DNA of 57,548 nt, filler included, from Basidioascus undulatus (GCA_000826855.1; 5 parts of 5 records of this genome joined end to end with filler, not necessarily neighbours in it); one strand, 5' to 3'. Counted from the first letter of the whole stretch, positions 24,990 to 38,163 are shown. The notes: generated from the sequence alone by a model not told the origin. Numbers and translations are program-made.

Positions 24990-27900
24990 TCAACCGCTCG
25001 TGTCCATCTCCTCGATACGGCGCGGGTCCTCGACCTTGCGGTCCGTGCGGTTCTCGTACGTCTCGACGTCGATGGTGTCGAGCGTGAGAAGGCGGTAGAT
25101 GTGCACGGGCTTCGCCTGGCCGTATCTGCAGTCCGCAAGCACCTCATCAGCGACCGCCACAAGCGTTGCCCAGGTGAGATCAAGGATCCTTACCGCCTGA
25201 TGCGACCGATCGCCTGCGTTTCATACGCGTCGTAGGTGTCCTGGCTCGGCGTCAGGAGAGGGCTGATGAAGAACGCGTGATTGGCGACGGTGAGGTTCGC
25301 GCCTGTTGACGTGAACGAATCAGTCGGTCACGAAGCCAAGCATCGAGGCGAGGGAGGGAAGACCGGCTTACCGCTTGCCGATGCGTTGGTCACCTCGAGC
25401 AAAAGGACGCGGCCCTTGATGTTTTGCTGGAATTCCTCGAGGGTTTTGCTATAACAACGAACACCACGGTCGTCAGCACCACCGCTCATCGACTCGGATC
25501 AGACGAGATCCCCAAACGCACCTCTTGCCCTTCGAGGTTCCCTTGAGCCGCACCACGTCCACGTTGTTCGCCAGAAGAGCTTCCTCGACCTTGTTAAGCA
25601 GGTCGTCGAACTGGACGAAGACGAGGATGCGGTCCTTCTTCGGCACGGCCTTGACGAGCTCGACGAGGCGCTCGATCTTCGCGCCGTACTTACCGCTCAG
25701 GCCCTCGGAGCCGAGCGAGTCGGCGCGCACGACGTGCGTCGTGAGCGGGCGCGCGTTGCAGCCGGGCTCGACGCAGACCTGGTCTTTGGCCCGCTCGAGA
25801 ACCTCGTCGTACGGCCCCGAGTGCCCGCAGCAAGAGAGAATGCCGATCTCGTTCAGCTCGGCGAGCTCGAACTCGCCGACGCGCTGCTGGATGTTCCGGA
25901 GCGTTTCGAAGTAGCGGCGCGAGCGAACGCGCCCGACGAACTCCTTGATGAGCCGGCGGAGCTCGTGCGCGTGTTCGCGCAGAACCCACGCCTTCTGGTC
26001 CTTGTTGTCCTTGGTCTTCTCGGGCAGCTTCGCCCACTCCTTGAACTCCTGCGTCTTGACACCGTCCGAGCGCGGCGCTATCTTCGAGAGCTTGCCGCCG
26101 CCGCAGCCGCACTCCTCCGCGAGGCGCCGCAGGTCGATGACAGCGTCGGGATCGCCGATATCAATGTCGTTGACGTTGATCTACAGAAAAAGCTAGCTAA
26201 GCCGTCCGAGCAGACTTGTAGGAAACACAGGCTACTCACGTCTCTGATCCAGCGAAGGAAGTGGTTGTCTTCCGCCTTACCGGCGAGCCCGTGCTTTTCG
26301 AGGTAGCGCTGCATCTCGGCCGCGATGAGGACCGAACGCTCGACCTCCTCTCGGCAGCGACGGAGCTGGTCGGAGCGCGAGTTGAGGATGCGCTCGCAGA
26401 CCTCCTGCGCCTTCTTGATGGACGCGGAGTCGGGGAAGTCGAACGCGAAGTGGGAGCACCGCTTCATCAGGGCCTGCGGGGCGAGAGGTAAGTTACCGGG
26501 TTGGACAGCGAAGCAGACAAACTCGAGCAATGTACCTCCTCCGCGCTGGCGCTTTGACCGAGCGCCTCCATCAAGCGCATCTCGCGGTCACCGCGCCCCT
26601 TCTTGCCTCCCTTGACGGTCTTTTGCCTTTTACGAGAGGAAAGTTCAGCATCATATCGGCGAGCTATGGATAGAAGGAAAGGACATACATGGTCATGTCG
26701 AGCGCCTTGAGGTGGTGCTCGAGCTCGCGGTAAATCCTGAAGGACGACGTTCAGCAGGTTATCCAGCGCGGGTGAGCGAAAAGGGGACGTACGCCATCTC
26801 AGCGGTGGGCAGCTCAATAAGCTCGACGTGCTCCTCGTACGGGATCTCATCGATCTCGGCGCAGTTTTGACGGACCCAGATGTCGAGGACTGCGGACACA
26901 TACGGTCAGCGTGCCGGTCGAGCGTGCATCTAACACTTGCGCCGTACACTTCTGCGCGACCTCGTCACGGCGAGCGTGCCAGACGCTCGTGTGCACGTCC
27001 CGGAAGGAGTGGAAGCGCTCAGCGTCCGTCTGCTCCTTAACGCGATCCTTCGCCGAACGGCCGTCGTTATCGTCGTCGACGCCGAGGTGGATGTCGAGCA
27101 GAGAAGCGATGCTGCACTCGGCATCAGAGATAGTCAGCAATGCAGTAAGAACGCATGTCGGACAGGAGCAGGACGAACGTCTTGATCTCGGCAAAGTCAG
27201 CCAAGGGCGGAGTGCCGGAGAGGATCCAGCGGCTGGCCGCGCGCAGACGGTGGACACCAGCCCGCTGCCGAGCGTCGAGGTACGTGTACTCGTCGATGAC
27301 AAGACGGTTGAAGCTGCCGAGAAGAAGGATCAGTATACGACGCGGCAAATCAGCACATGGTCTGTCTGACGAGAACATCGCGAGCGGTGGGTTGCGCATC
27401 TTCTTCCAGTTCTTCTTGACCTCGGACGAGCCGAGCTGCCACGGGTCCGGGTCTCCGTCGGCCTTCTTCGACGCGGACTTGCTCGCAGCCGCCTTCTTGC
27501 TGTTCGTCTTTGTCTTCTTTTTTGGTGGAGCGTCCGAGTCCTGTTCACAGATCGTCAGGCATTGAGCTTTAACCAAGACGCCAGAGGTATAAAAAGGTGC
27601 ACCTCGTCCTCGTCCTCGTTGCTCTCCTCTGAGTCCTCGGCCTTCTGGTACTGCTTGGCGACCTTGCGCTTAGACTGATCAAGATCAGGGATGACCTCGT
27701 CCTTGCGGCGCTCGCGCGCCTCCTTGATCGTCTTGAGAACCGCAGCGGAGCCCTCCTCGCGCAGGCGGTTCAGCTGGGCAGGGATCGCCTCGACGGCCTC
27801 GTCAAGGCAGGCGCGGAAATAGCGGCCGCCTTTCAGGTCGTTCTTGATCGTCCGGGGTCCGGCAGCGAAGTCGCCGCTGTAGGATAGACATGGACATTCA

Positions 27901-30900
27901 GTACGCCTGCCTCTTCAGCTCCGATACGTTCATGAAGACGTACATGTGCGGCCAGAAGATGTTCGAGTGAAAGACCTTCAAGCTGACGACGATGATGTCG
28001 GCCTTGCAAATGTCGGAGACCGTGAGCGCCTTGAGGTCCTTGACGTCTCCGATCTCGACGACGTTGAGCTCGTCTCCCGTGAACTTGGCGATCTCGCTCG
28101 GCCATTGCTTGACCAGGTGCTGGAAAAAGACGCCGCTGGAGTGAGCGATATCGGCGAGTCAGAAGAGAAGAGAAGCAGCGTACGCCCGGAACTATTATCA
28201 AAGTCGCCTTGGTGGGGATGAGGTCCGAGTCGACGGGCAGGACGATGTTGTTGCGCTGTGCAGAGACGAGGCCAAGGGTGATGGCAGTCTTGCCGTATCC
28301 GACTGCAGGTTGCACGAAAATGAGCTCAAATGCCTTCAAAGCGAGAATCTGAAAACGCACCCTCGTCCGCAAGTACGCCGCCACGGAGGTTGACGACGCG
28401 TTCGGCCTTAGCCTCGGCGTGCCAGCCGTACTGCGAGAGGACGGCCTCCGAGACCTCCTCCTCGACCCACGGCGTCGGCGCGTTCTCTTGCCGGATCATC
28501 CAGTTGAGCGAGCGCAGCTGCTCAGGACGAAGGTTAATCTTGAAGTCGGGCGGCTGCTCGTTCTGCAGGTCACGCCTGATTCGCAGTACAGAAAAGGGTG
28601 TAAGCACATGCGCAGCGACGCTTGGTTGCTAGACGACTCACTTGTTGCTGGTCAAGGTGAACTTGCGCGCCTTGTGCAGTCCGAACTCGGGGTCGAACCC
28701 GAAGCTCGAAGACAGCCTCCAGCTGACCGTCGGCGCCTGGACAGCCCCTTCGACGAAGGAGGCCGGCGGCTTCGGAAGACGCGCAAGAGCCTTGTGCGCC
28801 AGGGTAGCGACGTTGAGGCCGATGCGAAACTCGGCGACGTCGCCCCGCTTACGGAGCTGGACAACGAAAGGAGTCGGGCGGTTCTTGAGAGCCTGTGTCC
28901 AGAGGGGTTTCCAATTTCCGCACAGCGCAAGGGCAGCTTGACCCAGAGTTCAGTAACGCACCTGCTCGAACTTGCCGGCCTCAATGCCGTCCTCGACAGC
29001 AACCAACGTGCCCTTCGTCGTCTTCCGCCACTCGAGGCTCGGCGCCGGCGGGCAGCAGCGAGAGCAAGCGCACGACTCGGCCTGTGCAGCGGATCAGCAC
29101 AAAAGACGAGTTGATCACTTGGCGTGGACGTACCGTCTCGTCGTGCTCAAGCGGCGCCCAGTTCTTCAAGACGTCGAGCGGGGGAACCCGGCCGGTGATC
29201 CACGCGAGCTTTTCGAAGACTTCCGGGCCCTGGTGGAGGAGGTCGATCTCCACCCACTGCGCGGACGTCCAGATCTCCTGGCTCGCGACGCTCGCCGCGT
29301 CGACGCGGGCCGACAGAAGCGCCTGCGCGTGCGAGCACTCGTCCTGGCCGAGCTTGAGGTGGAGAGGCCCAGCGGGGAGCGAGTACGTCGCTGAGGACGC
29401 GGCAGCCGTGCCGCTCGTCAAGTCGAAGCCGGAGCCCGGCAGCTCGCTCGGGATGAACGGCACGCGGACCTCGACCTGCGTCTCAGAGTCGTTAGTGATC
29501 GGGCGCCATTTTGGGTTGAGCGCGGCGACGAGAGGTCGGGCCGAGCCGTAGTCGACGCGGGCGTTGTCGGTGGAGAAGACGAAGAAGTCCTCGGACGCAT
29601 CGTTCGCGCGGGACGGGTCGAGGAAGAAGAAAAGCGGCGCACTCTCGTCGCCCGCGCGGCGGTGAAGCGCATTGCAGGCGGTGCCGCACTTGGAAAGCAG
29701 GTCGTATTCACCGTCAATAGGGCGGTCGACCTGCAAGAAACTCTGATCAGCGCAACAGAAAAGGGGCCTCGAGCTATCGTAATCACGCACGTAGTCAGCA
29801 AGCTCCTCCCCGCCCGAGATCTTGATCCGAGAAGGCCATGTCTCGTCCTCCGCGGCGATAAGGCCGAGCTGCGCCTTCCAGGACGGCACGCGCTTGGCTT
29901 CGGCGGCGGGCGCGATCTCGAGCTCGAACGCCCGCTTCGGGTCGACGGGCACGTGTAGGCCGAACGTCCCAGTGAGGAGCGTCGAGCCGTCCGTTGGAAG
30001 CCTCAATCGTGCGACGGGCATGAGCAGGACCTTGCGCAACGGGTGGTTGACGGGCAGCTGCAGAGCCGAATCATCAGCGCCCAGGAAAGCCTAGCACCTG
30101 TTGGAGTGCAGGACGTACCGACTCGTCAGCGTCCACGTAGAGACGCCACTCCGGCTCCTTGGGGTCGAGGTGGAGCTCGAGCTTCGCGCGCGGAGACCTG
30201 AACATCGCCGACCAGACGCTCTTGCGAGTGACGTCGCGGAAGTGGAACTGCGCCTTGCGAGACTGTCAGTCAGGCGCGTATCAGTTTTATGACGGGCCAC
30301 GCCTCACCTCAGCGCCGTTGACAGCCTCCGAGACGGCCGTGATGAACGCGTCGGAGCGGTTCGAGTCGACCTCGACGCACGCCTTGAGCGCCTCGACCTT
30401 GGCGTTAAGCGAGTCGCGGTCGAGCCCCTTGACGGTCACCCGCATCGGGAGCGCATCCTTGAGCTCCTTCTCGAAGTCGCCGGGCTGCATGCGCTCCGTC
30501 GTGTCAGGGACGTAGTTGTGCTCGGGCTTGCCCGCGCACGACGTGCAGCTCGTGTGGCCGCAGTCGTCGCAGCGGACGATCGGCGCCTTCGCGATGCCGG
30601 CGCGGCCCTCGCAGACGCACTTGCGCGCGCTGCGGATCGCGTTGCGGAAGAGGTCGGCAGAACAGGGCGCGCAGACGGTCAGGTCGAGCGGGCGCTCCTG
30701 GAGCTTGTCCTCGTTGACGATGCGGTCGTCGACGGAGGCGCTCGGCGCGGCTTCGACGAGCATGGCGTCGTCGTCGGAGCCCGGTCCAGAAGCGAGGTTC
30801 TTGTACGTCAGGATGAGCGCGGCGATCATGGACGCGCCGACGACAGTCGTGGACCTGCTTGCAATGGCTTCAGCATCGTTGGCATCACGCTGAAGCAAGG

Positions 30901-33746
30901 GGATACTACGCACATGGCGTTGCCGGACAAGTCGGCAAGCTGGTCCTCCGATTCGCGCGTCAAGAGCAGCTCTTCTGTGGGAAGACCCTGGAGCGAGAGC
31001 GCCTCGAGGCCGACGACTGGTCCTCCGCGGTTGGTGAGGTACGGGATCATGGTCGGTGTAAGGCACTGCCAAGGGGAAAGGCCATAGTCAGCGGCCATTG
31101 TCACGAAAAGGGCGTGTTGGCTTACCGGGCAGATGCCGAGCTTCGAGCTGCCGGTGTTCCGGTCCACGTTCTGCGAGAGGTTCCACACCGCCGACTTGTA
31201 GCCTACGAATGCGGACGGTCAGCATACCCATCATCGCTGCAGGAACGCCCCATGATGAACGAGCAGACGCACTAACGTCCACGCCGTCCTTCGCCAGGCG
31301 CAACAGGCTGATGTCCATCAAGTCCTTCACGCGCTCCGTCTGCGCGTTCGCCCAGTCGCACCACGCGCCGTCCGGCATCGTCGTCTGACCACCGCCTTCG
31401 GTCCTGCGTACATCCACAAAGAGTCAACATCGCGCTCCTACTGAGAAAAGAGAGCACGGAAGGATGTACCAGCTCGTGAGCGGGCGCTTCTGTCCGAGCT
31501 GCTCCTCGACGCGCGCACGAGCGTGGCGCGACTCGCACCGACTCCAGTCGGTCGGCGCGCGCTTCACGCCGTCCTTGTTCTCCGACGCGCGCGACAGGTC
31601 CTCGCGCGCGCGGTGGATACGCGGGTCGTCGGTGGGCAGGAGGAACGCTTCGAGCGGCACCGAGGCGGGGCGGGCCAGCGCCTTCACCTTGTCCTCCCAC
31701 TCGCCGGGGACGTCGCCCTTCGTTGAGAAGGGAACGGCGACGAGGTCTGGTGGGAAAGTCAGGGACATGCGCGAATAGGCGAAGACAGTGAAACAGAACT
31801 CACAGACACGCGTGCGGGTGTGCGGGATGTAGTATTGCCTGGTGAAGAAAACGCTGCTCAGCAACCTTGACTTCCGCCATACGATCCCCCAAAGTTACTC
31901 ACTTCGTGTCAAGCCTGCAAGGATGATCCATCAGCGACGGCGCAACTCAGCGCCACATGGCCCCATAACGCGCAACGCACCGCATGTAGTTCGCCTTGTA
32001 CTTGATCGTCGCGAACTTCTGGACGACCCTGTCCCACGGCGCGCCACAGACGTTCTCGAGGATGACGATCGGCGGCTGGTGCTTCTTGACGTAGTCGAGC
32101 ATGCCGTGGAACGTGCGCCCGCTCTCGCCGCCCGCGTCAATGCCCTTCTTGACATTGTTGAGGCCCGAGTAGTCGACACAGGACGTGCCGGCCACGCTGA
32201 TCGCGCGACGCTCTTTCGTCAGTCAAGCAGCGTACGAACAGGAAGTGCCGTGGGAGAACGCACAGCATGTCGATCCCGCCCGGCACGTCGACGAGACCGC
32301 CATACGCCGTGCGAGCTTGTTCTCCGCCGCTGCCAAAGCCAAGCAACTTCAGTCCAGGAACCACGACAACTAGGGAGTAAACGAGAACATGCCTATACGC
32401 ACAGCTCGCAAACGTCGCGGAAGAGGATGGGGGGCGAGAAGTTGCGTTCGATATACGCCTGCTTGAACGGCTCGATCTCGCACGAGAAGACGTGCTCGAC
32501 CTCAAAGTCGATGTCGTGCTGCGCCTTGACGGCGCGGGAGATGAGGCTGAGCGCGAGGAGGGGGCTCTCGGTACCGCTGTCCTCCCAGGCATCAGCAGGC
32601 ACGGCCGTAGGAGAGATAGAACATGTGCGCACCTGCACATGGTCCCAACGCGGAGCTTGCGGCCGCGGAGGTGCTGGACGACGTTGACGAGGCCCTTGGA
32701 GTTGGACACGAGGTCGGCGAAGATTGCAGGGAGGGCGTGGATGGGGGGCAGGCTCTCGTCGAGCTCCTTGAGCTTCTTGGAGTCGCCCGCCGCGGACTTG
32801 CGTGTCGCGGGGCGCTTCTTCTTCTTCGGCATCGCCTGGTTCGGACCACAGTCAGGGCCCTGGTATTCCACGCAGACGGAAGGCAGGAGAGGGGAACTCA
32901 CATGCCTGTCGGGAAGGACGTCCGACATCGCGTCCTCGTCGCTCTCTGCGGGAGCCTCCTCCAGCTCGGACGCCGCGTCCTCAAAGTCCTCGTCGTCGTC
33001 GTCGTCTGCGCCGCCCTCCTCCTTGTAGTCGCTCCCATCATCGTCGTCCGACCCCGCCTTGCGCTTATTGAGCTTAGGCTTAGGCGCAGCAGCCTTCATC
33101 GTTGTTGCGGCGGCGGCCGACTTGCGGGGGGCCGGCGCGGCCTTGGCCTTGGTCTTCGGCGCCTTCGACGACACGCGCCGCTTCCAGAACGCGCTGATGA
33201 GCTGCTTGGCGTTCCTAGTTGCGCGCAACCCGCAATCAACATCGTGAAAAGGTAGGGAAGGGAATGGGAGGATAGAAGACGCACCCCGCATCGTCCTCGA
33301 GCACCCAGCTGTTCTCATCCTCGCCGTAGCCCTTCCACTTGCAGAAGTACGACATGGCCTTGGGGTGTCCAGGCACGCCGCCCTGCTTCGCGTCGAGGAT
33401 GCCCTGTCGCCCAAACACCCACTCAGCACCATGCCCTCCCTTTCCCTCCCCCACCCAGCCAACGTACCTCGATCTCATACTCGCTCTCGTCCCCCTCCTC
33501 TGCCTCCTCCTCCTCCTCCTCCTCTTTCACAGCAGCCTCGACCTCATCCTCCTCGTCACTCGACTCGACGACAACGCGCTTGCGCTTCTTCTCCTGCTTC
33601 CGGGGCGTGACGTTCTTTGCGGGCTTCACCGGCGCGGGCTTGACGTCCTCCTCTTCGTCGGACGAGCCGGCCGCGTCGCTCGCGCCGGGCGGGGACGCGT
33701 AGTTGCGCGTCGCGAGAGTGCGGCGCGGGCGGGAGGGGGCGCTCAT
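24990..33746 (-). CDS. DMT5: DNMT5 cytosine-5 DNA methyltransferase (chromodomain, C5-MTase, SNF2 ATPase, reduced RING)
   Basis: ATG at 33746. Chromodomain EYEIE|GILDAK...YFCKWKGYGEDENSWVLEDDAG. MTase motifs LRVGTMC|SGTESPLL, HVFSCEIEPFKQAYIERNF, MLVAGTSCVDYSGLNN (catalytic Cys), VILENVCGAPW, YYIPHTRTRVY, LADLSGNAM|STTVVG. SNF2 motifs LRPEQLRSLNWM, GGVLADE|VGYGKTAITLG, RLVIDEYTY, RWILSGTP, RILVFVQF, SGANLTVANHAFF, ETQAIGRIR|RYGQ. TGA at 24992-24990. Confidence 0.95.
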
Positions 33747-34117
33747 GGATCTCACTCTGTGTGTGTGTGGATTATGTAGTGTAGTTGGAGAGGAGGAGAG
33801 GGGGGAGCGGAGCGGAGGCGTTGGGTGGGGGTGGTAAAGATAAAAGGGAAAGGGACAGGGAGACGCGTCTAAAGTACCGCAGACGCGCTCATCGCGTTCG
33901 ACCGCGTCTGGGTGTCTCGCTGAGCGCCAAATTACTCAGTGAGTGTGCAGGCGCATTTTCAGAGCATGGCGATGGGTAGTAGTCGGTTGATAAAGAAGTC
34001 CTTCGGAACTTAAGCAGGAAGCGAGCCTTAGGATGCAACCAATTCCCGAGTCTACCAACGCCTGCAGACAGCGACACACGAGCACACGCCTTCTCAATTG
34101 CTCAACGCAATAACCTC

Positions 34118-34494
34118 TCATGAATCAGTCTTTCCTCCCAGCTCCCCAAGCAATATCTCCTCCTCCTCCTCCCCCATCCTCCCCGCCACTCCTCCCGCGC
34201 CTCCCATTCCCAGCCCCGCATCCCCCTTCCGCACCACCTCCCACTCGACCCTGAAGAACGTCCACACCCACCGTCTCACCAGCTCAAGCGCCTCCATCCC
34301 AAACACGCCCGCCTCGATCTCGGCAATCTCGTGCAGGTGGCTCGAGAGCTTGAGGCTCCACGTGAAGCGGAGGAGGAGGTCGAGCGCGATGGCGAGGTAG
34401 TAAATTAGTGGGTCGGGGAAGAGGAGGGTGCGGCGGAGGCCGAACGGGTGTCCTACTGGGAACGCAGGGAGAGAGGAGGAGGAGGAGGGGGGGG
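34118..34494 (-). CDS. EXS-domain membrane protein (ERD1-like), C-terminal part
   Basis: PFGLRRTLLFPDPLIYYLAIALDLLLRFTWSLKLSSHL...EALELVRRWVWTFFRVEWEVV matches the EXS (ERD1/XPR1/SYG1) C-terminal signature; 5' part lies beyond the contig end. Confidence 0.85.
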
Positions 34495-34594
34495 NNNNNN
34501 NNNNNNNNNNNNNNNNNNNNNNNNNNNNNNNNNNNNNNTTAATTAATTAANNNNNNNNNNNNNNNNNNNNNNNNNNNNNNNNNNNNNNNNNNNN
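34495..34594. other. Artificial 100-bp contig linker
   Basis: N-run/TTAATTAATTAA/N-run. Confidence 0.97.
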
Positions 34595-35068
34595 TCCCCT
34601 CCCCGTCCCCCACGCCCCTGCCGAACCCGCACGACGCTGCTGCCGCCTCCGCAGCGTACGCGGCGAACCTCGACCGCTCGCCCAGCATTCAGAGCCAGTA
34701 CGCGACCGTCAGCCGCGGCTCGCCGCCCCCGCACGTCGGCGGGCTCGCCCCCGTCGGCGAGCACGACTACTACGACGAGTATGAGTACGCGCACGACGGC
34801 GGCTCGGAGGAAGTCGGCGTCGCCCGCAGCGGCACCCCCACGGACCCCAACCCCCAGCAGTACGTCGGGTCGCCCACAGAGCCGGTCCCGCAGCACTATG
34901 GCGCCCCGCACGAGGGCGGCGGGCTCGCGGTCAGGAATGATGATCGCACGAGGGACGCGAGGAAGAGCACGGCGAGCGATCTGGGAGACGCTTATGGCGG
35001 CGTGAGTGGTTCTCTCTTCTTAAGTCTGCCAAGAACGCGGCTGATGGTGCTTCCACACGCAGATGTGA
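34595..35068 (+). CDS. C-terminal tail of an unidentified protein (ends ...DLGDAYGG|M*), 5'-truncated
   Basis: Open frame PLPNPHDAAAASAAYAANLDRSPSIQSQY...RKSTASDLGDAYGG, then GTGAGT donor (~35002), CAG acceptor and terminal ATG TGA at 35063-35068. The DAYGG ending recalls basidiomycete single-pass membrane protein tails (inference). Confidence 0.6.
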
Positions 35069-36425
35069 ACTCGCCCCGCCCGCTAGCGGATCTCCAGCAT
35101 GATATTCTGCGCCTCGAGAGCCCTGTATGTACAGTGTCCCTTTCCCATTCCCTCTTCCTTCTGTCTGCTCGATCGCCTCGTCTTGCTCGTCTGTTCCCGT
35201 CCCGTCCCATTGTGCCACTGTACTCTCCTCGCCTTCCACATGCCCACACGCCCATGCCCCACGCCGCACACGTCCCACGCTCGTTACTTTGATCGACTAT
35301 CGACTACGCTAGTCTTTTCTTATACTCATTATTCTCACTTCCCCGTTCTCCATTATACGTTCTCAATGCACATTCTTTTACTTCGCCCAAGGAACGCTCC
35401 ACCGTCCTCGTTCTTACCTTCTTTTACTGTTGCCGTCGGAGTCTGGTCGTTGAAGTTGCTATCTTCTACATTTGCCATATTCTCACACGTGTCTACTTCC
35501 CCTTGCTGGATACGTGGTTCAACTACTCTCGTCTGGACGGGGCTTTAGTTCGTAGTCTTTGTTTCGTTTGTGTTGAGATGAGATGCTGCGTTGCTCTGTC
35601 TCTGTGCTCGTTTTGGTGTTGAGCGTGCCTTTGAAGTATGAACTGGGTTCATTGGCTTGAAGGGGCAGAGAGATACCCTTGATACCTAATGCACTTCGCT
35701 CGCTTGCGTAGTTGAGCGTGGTGGGGTGTCGGTGTGGGGATGAGGTTCGGGCGGCTCACATGGAGTACGTTTTGAGATGTGCTGCAACCAGGGAGGCGAT
35801 TTGTCCCACGGACGTTCAAAGATGGGAACCTCTTGTGGGCAGCAGAGGGACGGAAGCATCACTTGAAGCGACAGACTGGAATGTCCGTAGGCAGCAGTGA
35901 CTGCTCTCCACTGCAGTCAACATCACGCTCGTCTCCTCGAAAACTTTTGGTCTCCAAAGAAAGCCTTTACGCCTATGTGAAGGTATGAATACAGGTGAAG
36001 GAAGATGATATACCGGTACACTGTAGTGACCTAAGCCGGCGTCTGAAGCCTTCCTTGCTTTACGACTTAACCGCAATGCGTGTGCTGTCGCTCCGTCGCA
36101 TTTGCACAGTAACATTCACTGGGCGTTGAAACATCCTTGAAAGAAAATTTACGTGCTAAACAGATCGTTGTTCGGCCTCGCAAGTATTATCGCAAGTAGA
36201 TCAAGGCCTCGAAAGTCACAGCACTCTTCAAGAGAACCAACCGTCTGCGCAGCAGTAGCGTTCCAGCCTTTTCCAGCTTATCCAGCTTATCTGATAAGAA
36301 TTTCAACGCGGTCCCCAAGAGGGTATAAATGCATTACCATTAAAGTCCCCAATTTTTCCCCTTAGCCAACGAGTCCCTCGAAGGCTTTCGACACTTGCTC
36401 AGACTTCAAAGAAGTCGCCACCCCT

Positions 36426-37295
36426 TCAGACGACCTGCTTGATCTTCCCCGTCTCCACCTGCACAAGTTGGTGAGCGGAGGCCACATCAGCTAAGCGGAT
36501 TTCAGTCAGGACACACCTCACCCCTAAACAGGCACGTCGAGCACGAGCGGATGAGACTGTCGTCGCAACCCTCGATCAGCTCACTTCAATACGAAACTCT
36601 CCGCCTTGGAGCAGAGCCCACCTTGAGGAATGCAACATCCTCCTTGACGCTTCCTTCAGGCCCTTGAACGGAAGGAAAGCGAGCGAGTCCACGGTCAGGT
36701 CGTGCGAGTTGTCGTGCCCCTCGCTGGACTTGAGGATGCCGCGCAGGTCGGCGTCGGAGAAGGTCAACATGCCGCTGAGGTTCAGATAGTTAGCCCAACC
36801 TATACATCAAGTTGTGGTACAATTGCCGACCTACAGTCCGTGTGGTGGGTGACGATGATCTCGCGAGTCCCGAGGAGTTGCTGCGAGATGATCACGCTGC
36901 GGAGGGCTTCGGTACTGTCCAGCCGACAATTCAGCATGAGAGACGCCAACAAGAGTCAGACGAGTAAGGGGAGAGACGCACGCCTCCCTCCAGCGTTACG
37001 GACAACGTGCACGTCGCCCAGCTATGTGGCAGGAAGATGCGTTTACGTGACAATGCGGTCTACTAAAGGTGTTGAAACGGGCGCACCTTCAGTCCGAGCG
37101 CCTCGGAGGGGAGGATCCGGCGTCCATGTAGGTAAGGAACAGGGCCTGCGGATGCCTCTTCTATGAGCTAACTGCGATAGCTGGGAAAGGAGTCCGCATG
37201 CAGACCTTTCTCGCAGGCGGCAGCGGGGTCGCGCCCTCCTTGAAGGAGGACGCGTACAAAGCGTTGGCTCGGGCGAACTCGGCAGCGACGGTCAT
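36426..37295 (-). pseudogene. Beta-class carbonic anhydrase (clade D / COS hydrolase-like), disrupted
   Basis: MTVAAEFARANALYASSF...LPPARK|ALFLTYMDA[fs]RILPSEALGLK|LGDVHVVRNAGGR|...[32 protein letters not shown]...AFLPFKGL[fs]SVKEDVAFLK...|VETGKIKQVV*. The zinc-ligand Cys of CMDAR reads Tyr (TAC 37130-37128); 1-bp frameshifts near 37120 and 36655. Confidence 0.85.
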
Positions 37296-38163
37296 TGTGA
37301 GAGGACAGCGAAACGCCGAAGATATAGTCCTCCGATGACTGACCGGCGTCACGTTAGCGGGAATGGCATGCTCGCAGCGAGCACTCCGAGCGGAGGATGA
37401 GAAAGAATCGCCCGGCGAGAGGCGTGCGTGACTTTGCGTTGGACGACATCTGAATTAACCCATCTCTTGAGAGACCGTGCGCAAGTGGACGAGCTTGGCC
37501 ATGGCTGCCACCGAGCGAGAGATGCGGTCGTCTTTACGGGCAGGGATGAGCGATGGGAAGTGTGAGAAGCTTTAAGGAGGAGCAGTTCAATATGGGAATT
37601 TTAGATGATTGTGAAAGCCCCCGAAAGATCGGAAGAGTGTTTCGATGAGCGAGAAGGTTGAGTCTCGTCGGGGAAGCGGTCGAAGCAGTGCCATGAGGTC
37701 TTGTAATGAAGAGGCGCCATCGAGCTGTGCAGCCATAGGGCTGTTTATACTTGTGTAAATTTGACTGATTGCATGAAGACAAGAAAATAATAGGGTAAGC
37801 GGGAAGAAGATTCGTAGAACTAAATGGTCGCAGCCGCAGCCTGAGGTACCGCATCGGACAAGACTGTTGATCCTGCCACCGCCCATCGGATAGATGATTC
37901 CGTGTGTTGCACGGTTACCAGAATCCCCAAGTAACTCCGACGCGCTTCTGCGTTGTGAACCACCCGAGTAGGCGTGAACGAGAACGTACTTAGCAGTGGC
38001 GCTCACAGCTTAACCTGCCTCACAAGCTGTCAAATCGCACACGCGGGGCAGCTGAGATGTATGCAAGGGCGTTTAAATATTCAGTCCCTCATAGATTTTA
38101 CGCTGCAAATTCATTTACAAACCTTAGCCATGTGGATTCCTTGGCACAATCCTGTCGCCCCCG

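Noticed and set aside
13010..33746. Apparent convergent cluster of two SNF2-RING chromatin enzymes (SHPRH-like and DNMT5), with XAP5 and CNOT11 nearby, as a silencing gene cluster
   Set aside because: They lie on different contigs joined by artificial linkers in size order; the adjacency carries no biological information.
34118..35068. ERD1-like/cypB (HDEL retention) functional linkage, and joining the EXS fragment to the ORF across the 34495 linker
   Set aside because: Different contigs; the flanking fragments are on opposite strands and unrelated.
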